A DNA stretch of 30,804 nt. Origin: Histomonas meleagridis 2922-C6/04-290x. Taxonomy: Eukaryota > Protista > Parabasalia. The stretch lies in contig JAANOX010000028.1 of NCBI GenBank assembly GCA_020184695.1, forward strand, positions 1 through 30,804, read 5' to 3'. Below the pieces are notes generated by a model. That model searched no databases. It saw only the letters and a list, made by a program, of their open reading frames with translations, and had not been told where the DNA came from. Positions 1 through 11,500 of the stretch are shown piece by piece. Positions within the stretch are counted from its first letter, which is position 1, and the number at the start of each line of letters is the position of its first letter. Position numbers and translations under genes: made by a program.

Positions 1-170
1 AGGGAACTGATGAACAGTAAATACATTTTGTTATTTAATTTTTTATAAAATTCCATCTTGTATATTTTCTATATAGAACAAGCATTATAGAACGATCATA
101 TTACATTCAAATGCGAATGTTCAAGTAGTAACTGTTGCCAAAAAAAGAAATTTTGCCAATCACAAACGAA

Positions 171-1798
171 ATGGAAGGCTTCGACAAAGAAGATCTCATG
201 AATAAAGAGCCGCAATAAAGACATTCCAGATGACCAAAAAGCTAGCCTGAGCTATCTGGACTGAAACTAACCACTTTTCTTGATCAAAACAAATCAAAGA
301 TAGGTTTTGGTTATTTTCCACTGAATCTAAACAGCCCTTGTTAAATATCGTCCATCAAATGTTCGTTCCACTAATTAAGGAAAACGAAAGAACTACAGCT
401 GCTTGCGTTTGTTATATTGACCAAAAACAAAGATAGATTGCAAAATATGAAGTTCAACACAATGTTGAATTTGTTTATTATTATAAAGGCAAAGAAGTTA
501 AAACGTTTTGATGGATCTGCTTTTGGCGAAGCAGATGTACTTCAAAATAAACCAAAAGACCTTTTTGCTGGTTCATCTCATACTAACGGTCCGTGCAGTT
601 CTATTGATGTTATGGAAGATTTCAATACAAAGCGTCCTAAACCCACACAATACATTCCAAAGGAAGTCATAAAGCAAGAAAAAGCTTTAACACAATATAA
701 CCTCACTGAAGCTCAGAAAGAAATCTTGAACAATCTTTCTGATTTCTTAGATGAAGAAGATATTATCAAAGCATTTGAAATTGGATTAACAGATGAAGAC
801 GAAATCACAGATTACATCCAAAAACTCCAAGAAGAGAATGACGATGGCAACAAAAACACTGAAGACACTCAAGCCTCAATACCAGTGCCAGTTCAAATTC
901 CTCGTCCTCAGATCTCAGATGAAGAAAAGGAAACATTGATCCAAGAGTTATCAATGCTGGGTTATACTGATGAAGAAATTGACAAAGCCATTGAGCACGG
1001 CTGTGTATCTTTCGAACAGTCAGAGCAGTTCATCAGTGACCTCAGAGAAGGAAAAGTGCCAACAGCACAACCGTCGTCAGAACCTCCGCAACCGTCACCT
1101 CCGAAACAACAAGAGTTAACACCAGAACAAGAGAAAATCTTTGAACAATTTTCAGATTTCCTGGATCCCGATTTGATGCGCAGGGCCCTTCTTGAATCAG
1201 GGACAGCAGATGAGACTGATGTTCTTAATGTATGAACAACTTCAAAAATCAGGAGCAACAATTAAGCCTCAACCATCACCACCACCAGTATCACCACAAT
1301 CCACAACCACCAATCCAAAAGCCTGTTAGTCCACCCACCATCTTCGCCAAGCTCAAATTCACTAAGACAATCTCTTTCATCATCATATGGGCAACATAAA
1401 CTATCACAAGAAACTCAGAAGATACTTGAGAAAAAGCTTGTCACCCAAAAAATCAAGGAGCAAAGGATCGAGGAAAACGCAAGACAAGCCGCAGCGCGTT
1501 CATTGCGAAATGAGGCACCCCAAGGGGCACCCCAAAGTTCGCCTCGGAAATCTGTTTCAAGTAACGAAGTTGCTTTCAATGTTAGGGTACCTGGTTCAAA
1601 TGTCAGAATCCCAACAATCACATTAAGCGTTGAAGAAACTTTCCATGTGCTTGAAAGAAAGCTGAAAGATGGTCAATACATTGATGAAGAAGCATACATC
1701 CAATCCAAATTCCTTTGGGTGGAATCGTCACACCGGAAGAATTCGGCCTTACTTTCAAAGAAAAAGAGTTACTGGAAAGAAAACAATTAATGTTATGA
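171..1798 (+). pseudogene. Frameshifted gene: N-terminal thioredoxin-like domain, acidic/Pro-rich middle with UBA-like helical repeats, C-terminal UBX-like domain (pseudogene or assembly indels)
   Basis: Protein-like segments switch frame several times. They include a thioredoxin-like tail (IAKYEVQHNVEFVYYYKGKEVK..F), ORF 417-1235, a Pro-rich linker spread over three frames at about 1228-1335, ORF 1503-1790 (VAFNVRVPG) and an out-of-frame UBX-like end FPLGGIVTPEEFGLTFKEKELLERKQLML* stopping at 1798. The start position is approximate. Confidence 0.5.
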
Positions 1799-1940
1799 TC
1801 ATAAAGAAACCAGAATAAATATTACATCCTAAAAATACATTTTTGATTTACTTATTTAATGAAAACGTTGAGAACAAATTCATATGAACAAATTTGGAAA
1901 TCGAAATTGGAGCAAATTCAAAAAAATTAATTTATTGAAT

Positions 1941-2371
1941 TTATGCAGCCAACGATTTGAATTCTTCGACCCATTGAGCAAACATTTGTCGAAAAACTGG
2001 TACAACTTCTTTATCTGCAGCATTTCGAACAGCCTTTTTTTCATTGGGAGATTTATCTTTGCTGCTACCTGTGAACTCAAGAATATACTCCCATTCTTCT
2101 GGTGAATCTGCTGCATCATTTGATATATCTGGGAAAAATCTTTCCCTTCCATTTCATTATGTTTGAAGTTAAGATCAAATACCACCTCAAAGGAACGAAT
2201 TTCTCGACCTTTCCTAATTGAACGAGCAGTTGTAATGGATTTAAAGTTTGTATCTTTGATTTCCCAATCAGGAATTTTAATTTCTGCTACAAGTTCTTTT
2301 AGTCTTTTATCAGCCCACTCATTGCAGTTGTGTTCTTCCCAATGATACTTTCCTGGGTTCCAAACACTCAT
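1941..2371 (-). CDS. Aha1/Hch1 N-terminal domain protein (Hsp90 co-chaperone), with one frameshift near 2135
   Basis: N-terminus MSVWNPGKYHWEEHNCNEWADKRLKEL matches the Aha1_N start (W-N...WHWEE.....W). After a one-base shift the frame continues PDISNDAADSPEEWEY...FRQMFAQWVEEFKSLAA* to the stop at 1941-1943. Confidence 0.75.
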
Positions 2372-2752
2372 TAAAGTGAACTAAATGGCCGCCCACTTAT
2401 ATTGCGACCGTTTGTGATGTGTAAAGTTAGTAAAGTTCTTAAAGTATGGTGTCAATTTTTCATGAACAAAGAACAAGACCAATCTGATTAAGCCAAAATT
2501 TTTTACTCACTTATGATAAAATAAATAATAAAAAACATAACATCTGCGATTTCTTAATTGGTTTGAATTTTTTTTCAAATTCCAATTATTTTGAATCTAA
2601 TATGATATGAATTTGATAATTAATTTTTTTTTAAGTAGATAAAGAAAATTATTTCTTGGAGTAATCTCACTTGATACATAAAAGAGCCTGTATTATAGAA
2701 TTTATTAATATTATTTTAGGAAAGGAAGCATTCAGATTAAATTAAAAAAAAT

Positions 2753-2826
2753 TGCTTCTGGCGAGAGTCGAACTCGCGATCTTCCGCTTACTAGAGCGAA
2801 CGCTCTAACCACTGGGCTACAGAAGC
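2753..2826 (-). tRNA. tRNA-Thr(AGT), 74 nt, with an apparent 8-nt anticodon loop
   Basis: Reverse complement GCTTCTG TA GCCC AGTGGTTA GAGC G TTCGC TCTAGTAA GCGGA AGATC GCGAG TTCGACT CTCGC CAGAAGC A folds as a cloverleaf with a perfect acceptor stem and T-arm. Confidence 0.9.
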
Positions 2827-3511
2827 TCTTCGATAACATAAGAATATAATTTGAATTATTATTAATTCGAAATGTAAACTGATGGTGAGCCTGGGACCCG
2901 CTGTTCGTATAATTGACGATAAAAATTTGAAGGTAGGGGTAGCGGTTGTAAAAGTCAAGCGGAATCATATTTGATGAAGATATATATGCAACAAGAACAT
3001 TTTGCATCAAGATAATTATCGAAAAAGTGATCACTTTTTTCGAAGATCAATATTGTATATGTATGTATTAATTTTAATTTAATATTTGATTTTGCAGTCA
3101 ATGCCTTAAATTGTATGTGCATCCGCAGAAGCTGCTGAACCTTTAATCGGATGTTAAATTGTTTATTCAACTTTTGGTATTTATTCACAAAAAATCACAA
3201 GATGGTGAAACAATTCGCATCAGTAATTATTAAAAAAATAAATTATACACATTCTTCTTTTTTTTCTGAAACAACAAAAAAGGGTGAGATTTTTCATTGT
3301 CTCTTTTTTCTGATTTAATTTGCTACACGAAGTCCATTCAATGTTTCAATATCTTGAAATTATTATTTTAAGTTTTCAAATATTTGAAACATATATTAAA
3401 AAACCCACACAAAATGATGATTATTCAATTTGTTTTTATACTATTTGGTTTGATGTATTTGAACTCTTATACAATCAATTTTATGTTATATTTATAAATC
3501 ACTTATTTTTA

Positions 3512-4597
3512 ATGTATTTATTCTTTAATATTTTAGAAATTTGTACTCTAGAATTACAAGGTTTCTTTCCAGAAAATCAGAATAAAGCATATAGTTTACA
3601 TGCCATTTTACCAAATTCACAAGATCCTCGTGTTCTAAAACAATGTGTACTTGATGAAATATCAAGATTTGTTACATTAGATATTAATGAAAACAATTGG
3701 TTTATACAAGTATTTAAATATTGGGAAAAACTAAAATCATTGTCAAAAAATCCTTCAGATCCTATAAATTATGATGAAGCTAAAATAATTCATGATTACT
3801 TATTTTATCCAATACTTACTTCACGCTTCGATAATGAACTTTTCAATGGGAATATCACTGATAATTTCAAGTGCACATTTTATGAATTTAAAAGAGGATA
3901 TGATAGATTAGCAAAAGCAGGAATTACAACAGTTTATAAACCTTCTAAAGATCTTACCTCAACACAATATAAGAAGAATACTCATGTTTCAACAAGATCA
4001 TTTACATTAGTTCACTATTTTCTTGAATCAGTTTGTAATCGTGATGTACCTTTAATATTTAACATTACTACAAAAAGGAATTTGAAATTAATCAAGGATC
4101 TAAATAAGAGAGATTCAAACACAATGATGTTCCCTCCAGCAACTCGCTTTGTAGTAACCAAAGATCCATATGATTTGATGTGCGTAATTCTTGACGGGTT
4201 CGATATATACAAAACAATATGCCGTGATTATATTGAACCGGAGTATAAACCATTTAAAGTAACATTTGTTGAATTAGAAGAAGTTGATGAAGACTATGGT
4301 CCGATTATTTATGAAGAACCTCATACACAATCTCCTACCAAAACAACACCAAAAGAGAGTACACCAGTTTATACGACGGGATTTACATTTGAAGAGCTGA
4401 ACTCTGATGAATACTCTGAGAATTACTATGAAGATAATCCAGAAGACCCTGAAAAAGAAGAAAAATCTGGTTCAAAAAAAACACATATAATTGTTGTTCC
4501 TGTGCTTGCGATAATTCTTATAGTAATTGTGGCTTTCATTATTTATTTCTGCAGGAAATCTACATTAAAAGATACAAATACACATCAATCGATGTAA
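3512..4597 (+). CDS. Single-pass membrane protein with signal-like N-terminus and a possible divergent ADP-ribosyltransferase (ART)-fold ectodomain
   Basis: The ORF track gives 3320-4597. The in-frame ATG at 3512 follows an Inr-like TCACTT at 3499 and begins a hydrophobic leader. A C-terminal TM segment (IIVVPVLAIILIVIVAFIIYF) follows a Thr/Glu-rich stalk. ART-like motifs are EAKIIHDY, VSTRSF and MMFPPATRFVV. The ART call is tentative. Confidence 0.55.
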   Translation: MYLFFNILEICTLELQGFFPENQNKAYSLHAILPNSQDPRVLKQCVLDEISRFVTLDINENNWFIQVFKYWEKLKSLSKNPSDPINYDEAKIIHDYLFYPILTSRFDNELFNGNITDNFKCTFYEFKRGYDRLAKAGITTVYKPSKDLTSTQYKKNTHVSTRSFTLVHYFLESVCNRDVPLIFNITTKRNLKLIKDLNKRDSNTMMFPPATRFVVTKDPYDLMCVILDGFDIYKTICRDYIEPEYKPFKVTFVELEEVDEDYGPIIYEEPHTQSPTKTTPKESTPVYTTGFTFEELNSDEYSENYYEDNPEDPEKEEKSGSKKTHIIVVPVLAIILIVIVAFIIYFCRKSTLKDTNTHQSM

Positions 4598-5463
4598 TGA
4601 AAGTAAGAATTTCAACATTAATTTTATCATCATGATGATGAAAATGAAAAATTCACAAAATAAATAAATAATAATATTAAAAAATATTATTAATATTACA
4701 AAATATTATTAATATTATTAATAGATAATATGAAAGCGAAAAAAGTGTAATGAACATAAATAATTTATTAATATTTTACAGAAACATTAATAAAATAAAG
4801 ATAAAACATTTTGATGTTTTGCTATTTCTTGTGCAACTTCATTATTTCCTTTCATATAAGGAAGCAATGCCTCTCTGACCATGGAATTCCATTGGTACAA
4901 AATTTACATTTACTGCCAAAAAATCGATTAATTTCATAAAGGACATTCGCGAAAGCATTAACGACTTCATCTAATTTCAAGGGAGAATGAAGACATTCAA
5001 AATGTTTTGCAAATTTTAATTAATTCCGATATATTTCTTTTTGATATCAAGCATTGTTGGTAATAATGTTTGGAATGGGAATTGACAGCATTTCGAAATA
5101 TTACATAACAATGAAATCGATAATCAATTTTTTAATTTACTTTGACGCGTGTTCAAAATTTCTTGTTTCATGAAAAAAGTTTTTTCCTGTGTTGTGCTTT
5201 CGTTGAACATCTTTATGATTTTCTTCAAAACATTTTTCATGAAAAATTACTTTCTATAGAAGACGATAGGGATTTTGTGGTGAAAATGATCGTTCGAAAA
5301 AATTTCAAAGAAATGATTTTTGACAGATGTTGTAAAATTATGTATTCAATGTAAGAAATCATTTGAAAAAAATCTTTCTGTCATCTAGTTCAGTCGAACA
5401 CTTTTTTCCTATAAATTCACGTCTTTTAAACCCTAAAAAATAAAATTTCAAATGAAGAGACCT

Positions 5464-6366
5464 TTACTTCATAATCCTGCCAGTGATTGTACGACGAACC
5501 TTCTGCTTTGGCTCTGGCTTTGCAGCATCAAGTATCTTAAGCATGCTAGCAGTCCTTGCACGCATTTTTTGGTGCATGAAAGCCTTAGCGCACTTGATGT
5601 GATAGTGAAGATAATCACGGAACATTGGAAGATAGAATGAAATGTCTTCTCTCTTACGTTCTGAAAGTTGGGCTGCTTGAAGGCTGATTGTTACATAGGC
5701 GTACATGTTCTTGTCCTTAGTTGGAAGATCAAATGCACCTAAATCAGCTGGTGGATCATTGGAATATGTAACAATGGGGGCATTCTTAACACGTGTTCGA
5801 GCTGCTGCAAGTTCTTGGAAGAAAACTCCTGCAATAATTTTATCTCCTGGATCGCTGAAACGAATTGAAAATGTTGCTGCAGCTCCTTGGGATGTTGGGG
5901 TTATAAAGTAGCTTTCCATTGTTGACCTACGGAAAGGAATTTCGAATGGTGCGAAGTTTGCCTTTGCTGTGACTTGTTCGGCAACGAAAATGATTGGAGC
6001 GCCTAATACATAAGCCTTCATCCTAGAAGCAAGTGTGATCATTTCTTTTTGCTCCTTTTCGTTCATTTGAGTGAGGTTAAATTGAATTGCATGGGTATAT
6101 TTGATGGATCCTCTTGCTTTTGGTTCGATCTTATACTTGCCATAGTACTTTTCATAGGCTTCTTGAGCTCCGTACTCATCAAGCTCTTGAGCACAGGCAA
6201 TGTACATGTCGACTTCGATGTCATTTGTCTTTTTATCAACATGAAGACGGAATTTTACTCCATCAAAATCACAAAACAAGTACTCTCCTGATAACTTCTC
6301 ATGTGGCATAAGGCTTCTTTCGAGAAGGTTTCTGAGAATTGCAGACTCGAATTCGAGAATAATCAT
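5464..6366 (-). CDS. ARPC2: Arp2/3 complex 34 kDa subunit
   Basis: Likely start MIILEFESAILRNLL at ATG 6366 (the ORF track starts upstream at TTG). Motifs DFDGVKF, KIIAGVFFQEL and FRDYLHYHIKCAKAFMHQKMRAR are typical of ARPC2/p34-Arc. 300 aa, no introns. Confidence 0.93.
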   Translation of the reverse strand: MIILEFESAILRNLLERSLMPHEKLSGEYLFCDFDGVKFRLHVDKKTNDIEVDMYIACAQELDEYGAQEAYEKYYGKYKIEPKARGSIKYTHAIQFNLTQMNEKEQKEMITLASRMKAYVLGAPIIFVAEQVTAKANFAPFEIPFRRSTMESYFITPTSQGAAATFSIRFSDPGDKIIAGVFFQELAAARTRVKNAPIVTYSNDPPADLGAFDLPTKDKNMYAYVTISLQAAQLSERKREDISFYLPMFRDYLHYHIKCAKAFMHQKMRARTASMLKILDAAKPEPKQKVRRTITGRIMK

Positions 6367-6810
6367 CTGGAAATGTCCCAGTGGTGACGGTTTAATTGTA
6401 AATTGATATAAACCGTAACTTGGAGACAATGTTTTCTTGAAAAATAGAAAACTGTTTTCGACCTCCCAAATCTTTCATAAAACATAAAATCTTTAAAAGA
6501 GTTTCATCTTTGGGATACAATCATTTTTCGATTGATAAATTATTACGAACACAATATGTTTTTCAAGAAATATTTTTTTTTTCCAATTTAAAGAAATTAA
6601 ATTTATATTTGACAAAAAAAGTCAAAGCTAAAATGAGCATCGACTGTTTATAAATGACATTGTTAATCATTTTAAAGCAAATGTCGTTAAGTGATCCATA
6701 AATAAAAACTAAATCAAACATTTTTTAATAATCCGAAAATTTGTGTTTTCAGTATAAAATGCAATCTAAAGTTATAAGTCAAAATAACACTAATTTGATT
6801 TTTTTAATAT

Positions 6811-7152
6811 TTAATTATCACATGGAAAAAACGCTTTTTCAAGTATGAGAATCTTCTGATATTCAAATTCAGATCTTTCATATTCCAATATTTCTCTTTC
6901 TTCTTTCAGTTTTTTCATCTCAAGCTCAACTTTTTTAAAAGGATCTTGAAAAATGGAAATGATTTTGGTGCTGTAAAATGATAGTGGTTTTTTAGTTGGT
7001 TGCTCAATTTTTTTTTGATCTTCTTTTACTAAATTTATATTTGATTTTATTTTCATCTTTTTATTCTTTTCTTTATTGTTTATTACAATTCCAAAGGAAC
7101 AAAATACTAATAAAATCTCGAGGATTATTAGATATATAAGTGATGATGACAT
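6811..7152 (-). CDS. Hypothetical small protein with an N-terminal hydrophobic segment and a Lys/Glu coiled-coil
   Basis: 113-aa ATG-initiated ORF with a TM-like N-terminus. No recognisable family. Confidence 0.3.
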   Translation of the reverse strand: MSSSLIYLIILEILLVFCSFGIVINNKEKNKKMKIKSNINLVKEDQKKIEQPTKKPLSFYSTKIISIFQDPFKKVELEMKKLKEEREILEYERSEFEYQKILILEKAFFPCDN

Positions 7153-7442
7153 ATTTCAATCAATATCTGATTGATGAAATAGAAAACCATTTATCAGAAC
7201 AAAAATTCTTACTTTTTGTTTTCATAAAACGCAAGCTCGAAATATTTTCACAATACATTGAAAAAAGTGAAAAGATTTATGAAAAAAATAGGTTTTTAAG
7301 TTTTTTGTATTAAGTAATTTTATACATTTTTATAATCCTTTTTTCTTCATATTAATACCAGAAAAATATCAAGCGATTGAAACTTTTGAGAACTTTTTGT
7401 CTCCAAAGTAATTTCTGCAAAAAAGTAATCATTCGAATTGAT

Positions 7443-7841
7443 ATGTCTAAAGAGCTAAGTCCAAAATATCCAATTGAAATCATCGTTAAGTCTGGTGAAC
7501 AAAAAAAGATTGATTTTGGAGACCAAACAAACTTCATCTGCTCCCTTTACAGTATACAAAGAATTGAAACACCAGAATCCTCTGGAAAAATTGCTGTTAA
7601 AGTAAGTTATAAAAACTGTGAGTCCAACACTAGTGCAAATGAGAGTACAGATGTTCCTGTAACAACATATACGTTAGTTGAAATTGATGAAAAGGATTTT
7701 AAAGAAAAAAGCATTGAGTTTCATTGTGTAAATGAATCAGAAGTAATGTTTTCAACTGAAGGAAAAGGAAGTGTTAAGCTGGTCGGTTCATTAGTTCCAG
7801 ATATTGAGTTTACAGAAGAGGAGGAAGAAATTTCAGAATAA
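7443..7841 (+). CDS. Nucleoplasmin-like (NPL) domain protein with acidic tail
   Basis: ATG at 7443 follows an Inr-like TCATTC at about 7429. C-terminal V.FSTEGKGSVKLVG followed by EEEEE is typical of nucleoplasmin-like folds. Confidence 0.6.
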   Translation: MSKELSPKYPIEIIVKSGEQKKIDFGDQTNFICSLYSIQRIETPESSGKIAVKVSYKNCESNTSANESTDVPVTTYTLVEIDEKDFKEKSIEFHCVNESEVMFSTEGKGSVKLVGSLVPDIEFTEEEEEISE

Positions 7842-8267
7842 AAAATTTTTAATTTTAATGGATGCTAACTTTAATATTAAAACACTTTTACTCAAATATA
7901 ACAAAGCTTTCCCTAAACTCAAAATTTGTTCTACAAAATAATGTAATAACTTTAATGTAATTTGCATAGAGAAAGAATATTCATCTTATCATGTGATCAA
8001 TCTTATGGCAATAAAATTTCATTTAACGTAAAAAAAAAGTGAAAATGACTTCCCTGTCATGATGTGTATCTTAAAATTTTTGTAGGAGAAAAAGTTGCTT
8101 AAGGGATGATCTTTGATAGTAAATTTACAGAAATGTACAGAAAATCTCAAAAGAAAAAAGCTTCCCTTAAGAAAGCTTTTCTGAGAATGTTTTGATAAAT
8201 AAAAATTATTGATATTTTGAAGATATGTTTTATTCAATAGCCGAATGCATATGGCATATTGAGAGGC

Positions 8268-8345
8268 TTAACGAGCCTTAGCCCTCATTTGCCTCCTCTT
8301 TCTTTTGAGTCTCCGCATACGTTTCTTCAACCACTTTCCACGCAT
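8268..8345 (-). CDS. RPL41: Ribosomal protein eL41 (L41), 25 aa, missed by the ORF track
   Basis: Reverse-strand translation [25 protein letters not shown] matches the L41 pattern ([21 protein letters not shown]). Confidence 0.93.
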   Translation of the reverse strand: [25 protein letters not shown]

Positions 8346-8352
8346 TCTTCCT

Positions 8353-8370
8353 AAAGGCAGACCAAACCGC
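8353..8370 (-). promoter_or_regulatory. Trichomonad-type M3 (GCGGTTT) and M5 (CCTTT) core promoter of RPL41
   Basis: Minus strand reads GCGGTTTggtctgCCTTTaggaagaATG. M5 lies 7 nt upstream of the ATG with M3 just upstream, the arrangement reported for Trichomonas vaginalis ribosomal protein genes. Confidence 0.65.
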
Positions 8371-8502
8371 TAAGCCGTTAATTTCTCTGAATCTTTGTGA
8401 CCGGTTAACAACTTTTTGGTAGAATTCTACCATTTATCAGCCATATTTCTGTATGTATCTGTTATAAGATTATATCAAAATTTCACAACAACCACTCGTC
8501 GA

Positions 8503-8556
8503 AACGGTTATTGGCAGTAAGTTAGACTTGGTTAATACGGTTGTTTTTTAACGGTC
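8503..8556 (+). promoter_or_regulatory. Cluster of M3/Myb-like sites (ACGGTT, ACGGTT, ACGGTC) upstream of ankyrin gene A
   Basis: Three ACGGTY motifs lie within 70 nt upstream of ATG 8571. Similar sites occur upstream of AP-2 alpha (about 15022) and before the last ORF (about 28413-28430). Confidence 0.4.
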
Positions 8557-8570
8557 TTGATTTAAAACAA

Positions 8571-11500
8571 ATGGAGAATTCTGGAAATGTTGACAAAACA
8601 ACAAATCTACAAATTCTTTTAGATCTTGAAAATATAATTTTCGATATACAACAAAATAGTGTTAACAAATCAATTGAACAAATAATGAATATGTTTGATA
8701 CACAGTTTCCTTATTCTTTTAATAATATTATATGTATGTTAGTTAAGAATGCCTTTTCTTCACTTAGAGGAGATGATAATTTATATATAAAATTTTTAAC
8801 AACATTACAAGCAGTGGAGAAAAAACGAAATATAAATTCTAATATTATAGAAATGTTTAGTAATTACTTAATAAAATCAAACAATCAAGAATCATATTAT
8901 CTTCTTAATAAAATGATTCAACAAAATTTAATTGATTCAAGTATTGTTAAATGTCTTCATTCAAGATATTTTGCGCATTATCAAACTCATCATGATGGGG
9001 TTCCTGAAAATATGTTACGTTATATAACACCAGAAAAAGTTGGATATTATCGTTGTGGTCCTTCTAATAATATGAATAATTTTGGGGTTACAAGAAATAT
9101 TTCAAAACTTCGAGAAAATGATTGGGAACTTCATAAGAAATATGTTAATGATGGAGTTAATCCGGATGAAGTTGCAATCATAATTCGAAATGATGAAATA
9201 GAAAAACTTCAAGAAATGTCAACACAAGCGAATTTTAATTTTAATCGAACTATTAAGCCATCACTTTATGAAAGATATTCATATATTAATAATGATGTTT
9301 CACTTATTGATTATGCGGCATTTTTCGGATCAATTAAATGTTTTAAATTCTTAATGTTAAATGGATCGAATTTAAGTAATACAGGAAGATATGCAGTTGC
9401 AGGAGGAAATTTGGAAATAATTAACATATGTGAACAGCAACATTCATCATTTGATGGGGCATATGAAACTGCAATTAGGTTTCATCGGAATGATATATTT
9501 CATTATTCTTTCGAAAATAAAATCGATAATGCAAAAAATAAAAACAGAAACCAATTTAACTATTACAATAATGGTCGACCTAACAATAAATTATTTAATC
9601 CTTTTACGAATATTATGAATTTTAACTTTACTCCAAATTCTAATGATAATAATAATGATTCTTCACCTAAAGAATTTGAGTTTTTATGTTCATATTGTCA
9701 AAAATATTATAATTTTGAAATTTTATCTTATATGCTGGACGAAGGATTTAAACCTGATATTTCGCATATTAATGAAGCAGCAAAATTTGGTAACTTTTAT
9801 CTTGTTAAATATTATATAGAAAATAACCAAGTTCCAGTAAATATTTTAACATATTCTGTTGAATCAGAAAATCATGAACTAGTTCAATGTTTACTTGAAA
9901 CAGGTCGTATCAAACTAAATTCAAATGTTCATTACTTTAATTTCATGTTTATATGTAAATTTTGAAGTTTAATTAAATTTTTTGAGGGCGCTCTTATGAT
10001 TGCTATGAGAAATAAAAATACTATAATTGCTAAACTTCTTCTTCAACAAGAAGGAATTAATATAAATACTAAATCACTTTATTTTATTTATTTAATGTTT
10101 ATTTTTTTAGTTGAATGTTTTCTAATATATGGAAATTATTTATATAATTTGATACTCCGCTTACAATTGCAGTAAGAAATAATCAAATAGAAATTTTTAA
10201 ATTACTTGTTCAATTTAATGAAATTGATCTAAATAATGATAATTTTTAGTTGATTGATTTAATGTTTGTTTATTTAATTTGGTTTATGCACAAAATTTTT
10301 GGAATTTAATCAATTTTTTTGAAAATGCACTTACAATTGCAGTGAAAAATAATCTAACAGAAATAGTTAAATTACTTCTTCAACAAAAATATATTAATGT
10401 AAATGGAATAAATGTATAATTTTTTTGATTTGCGTTTATTATAATAATTTAATATTTTAAAATCATATTTGATTCACCACTTACGATTGCAATAAAGAAT
10501 AATAATATCGATTTTGTTAAATTACTTCTTGAGCACAAAGATATTAATCTTAATGCTAAAATAATTCATTTTATTTAAATAGGTTTCATTTTTTGATTTA
10601 AATATTTATAAGTAATGTTTGGAGTTCAATAAAAACATTTGATTCACCTCTTATGATTGCATTATATGATAATAAAATAGATTTTGTTAAATTACTTATT
10701 GAAAATAAAGGAATTGATCTTAATATAACTAATTTTTATTTGTTTAATATAATGTATAATTAAAATATTTGAAATTTCTAAATTATATTTGGATTTTATA
10801 CAAATGATTTCAAACTCCACTTATTTGGGCATCTTTAAAAGGAAAAATTGATATTGTTGAGCTATTTCTTGAAAAAGAAAGCGTTGATATTAATTTTAAA
10901 GGTGTATATTTAAATTTATTAAAGTTTTGCTCAAATATTTAATGTTTCAACAAAATATTTGGAAATTATTATCATTATTTAGAACAGCACTCATGTGTGC
11001 AGCTCAAAACAATAACATAGAAATAGCAAAATTACTTCTTAATCATAAAGGAATTGATATAAATGCTATCGATATTTATATCCATAATATGCAATTTATC
11101 TTATAAAATTGATGTTTATAATAAAAATTTGGTTCTTGTTCAAATTATTATGTACGGCTCTCATATTAGCAGTTGGTCAACGTAGCATTGAAATAGTCAA
11201 ATTACTTCTTGAACAAAAAGAAATTGATATAAATGCTAAAAATATTTAAATAATTTGTTTTATATTTAACTATATGATTTGATGTTTCATATTTTTATTT
11301 GGAATTTTCTCAAATTATTTGAAACTGCATATGTCATTGCATTGAAAAATGATCAAACAGAAATCTTTAAACTATTTCTAGACCGAAAAGAATTTGATAT
11401 CAATGCAAAAGATGATTATTTCATATTTTTAAGAATTATTTCGTTAACTTTATGTTTTATACAAAGATTTGGAATATATTTAAATTATTCAGATCACTTT

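Noticed and set aside
3117-3156. Small inverted repeat CATCCG...CGGATG with an internal GCAG/CTGC hairpin
   Set aside because: Short and single-copy, with no identifiable RNA family or target-site duplication.
962-3188. Small antisense or overlapping ORFs (962-1261, 1387-1626, 1415-1621, 1884-2105, 2163-2345, 2732-3034, 2955-3188) and similar shadows over ARPC2, AP2A and Rab3GAP2-like
   Set aside because: They overlap better-supported genes or the tRNA in other frames or strands and have no independent protein signal.
4850-5354. Protein-like fragments (ENEDIQNVLQILINSD..., ORF 5142-5354), possibly a frameshifted gene
   Set aside because: No continuous frame or recognisable family, so it cannot be supported beyond a guess.
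8278-8433. 51-aa minus-strand ORF (MVEFYQKVV...) overlapping RPL41 in another frame
   Set aside because: The M5 CCTTT just upstream of the RPL41 ATG predicts transcription starting downstream of this ORF's ATG, and the ORF has no recognisable homology.
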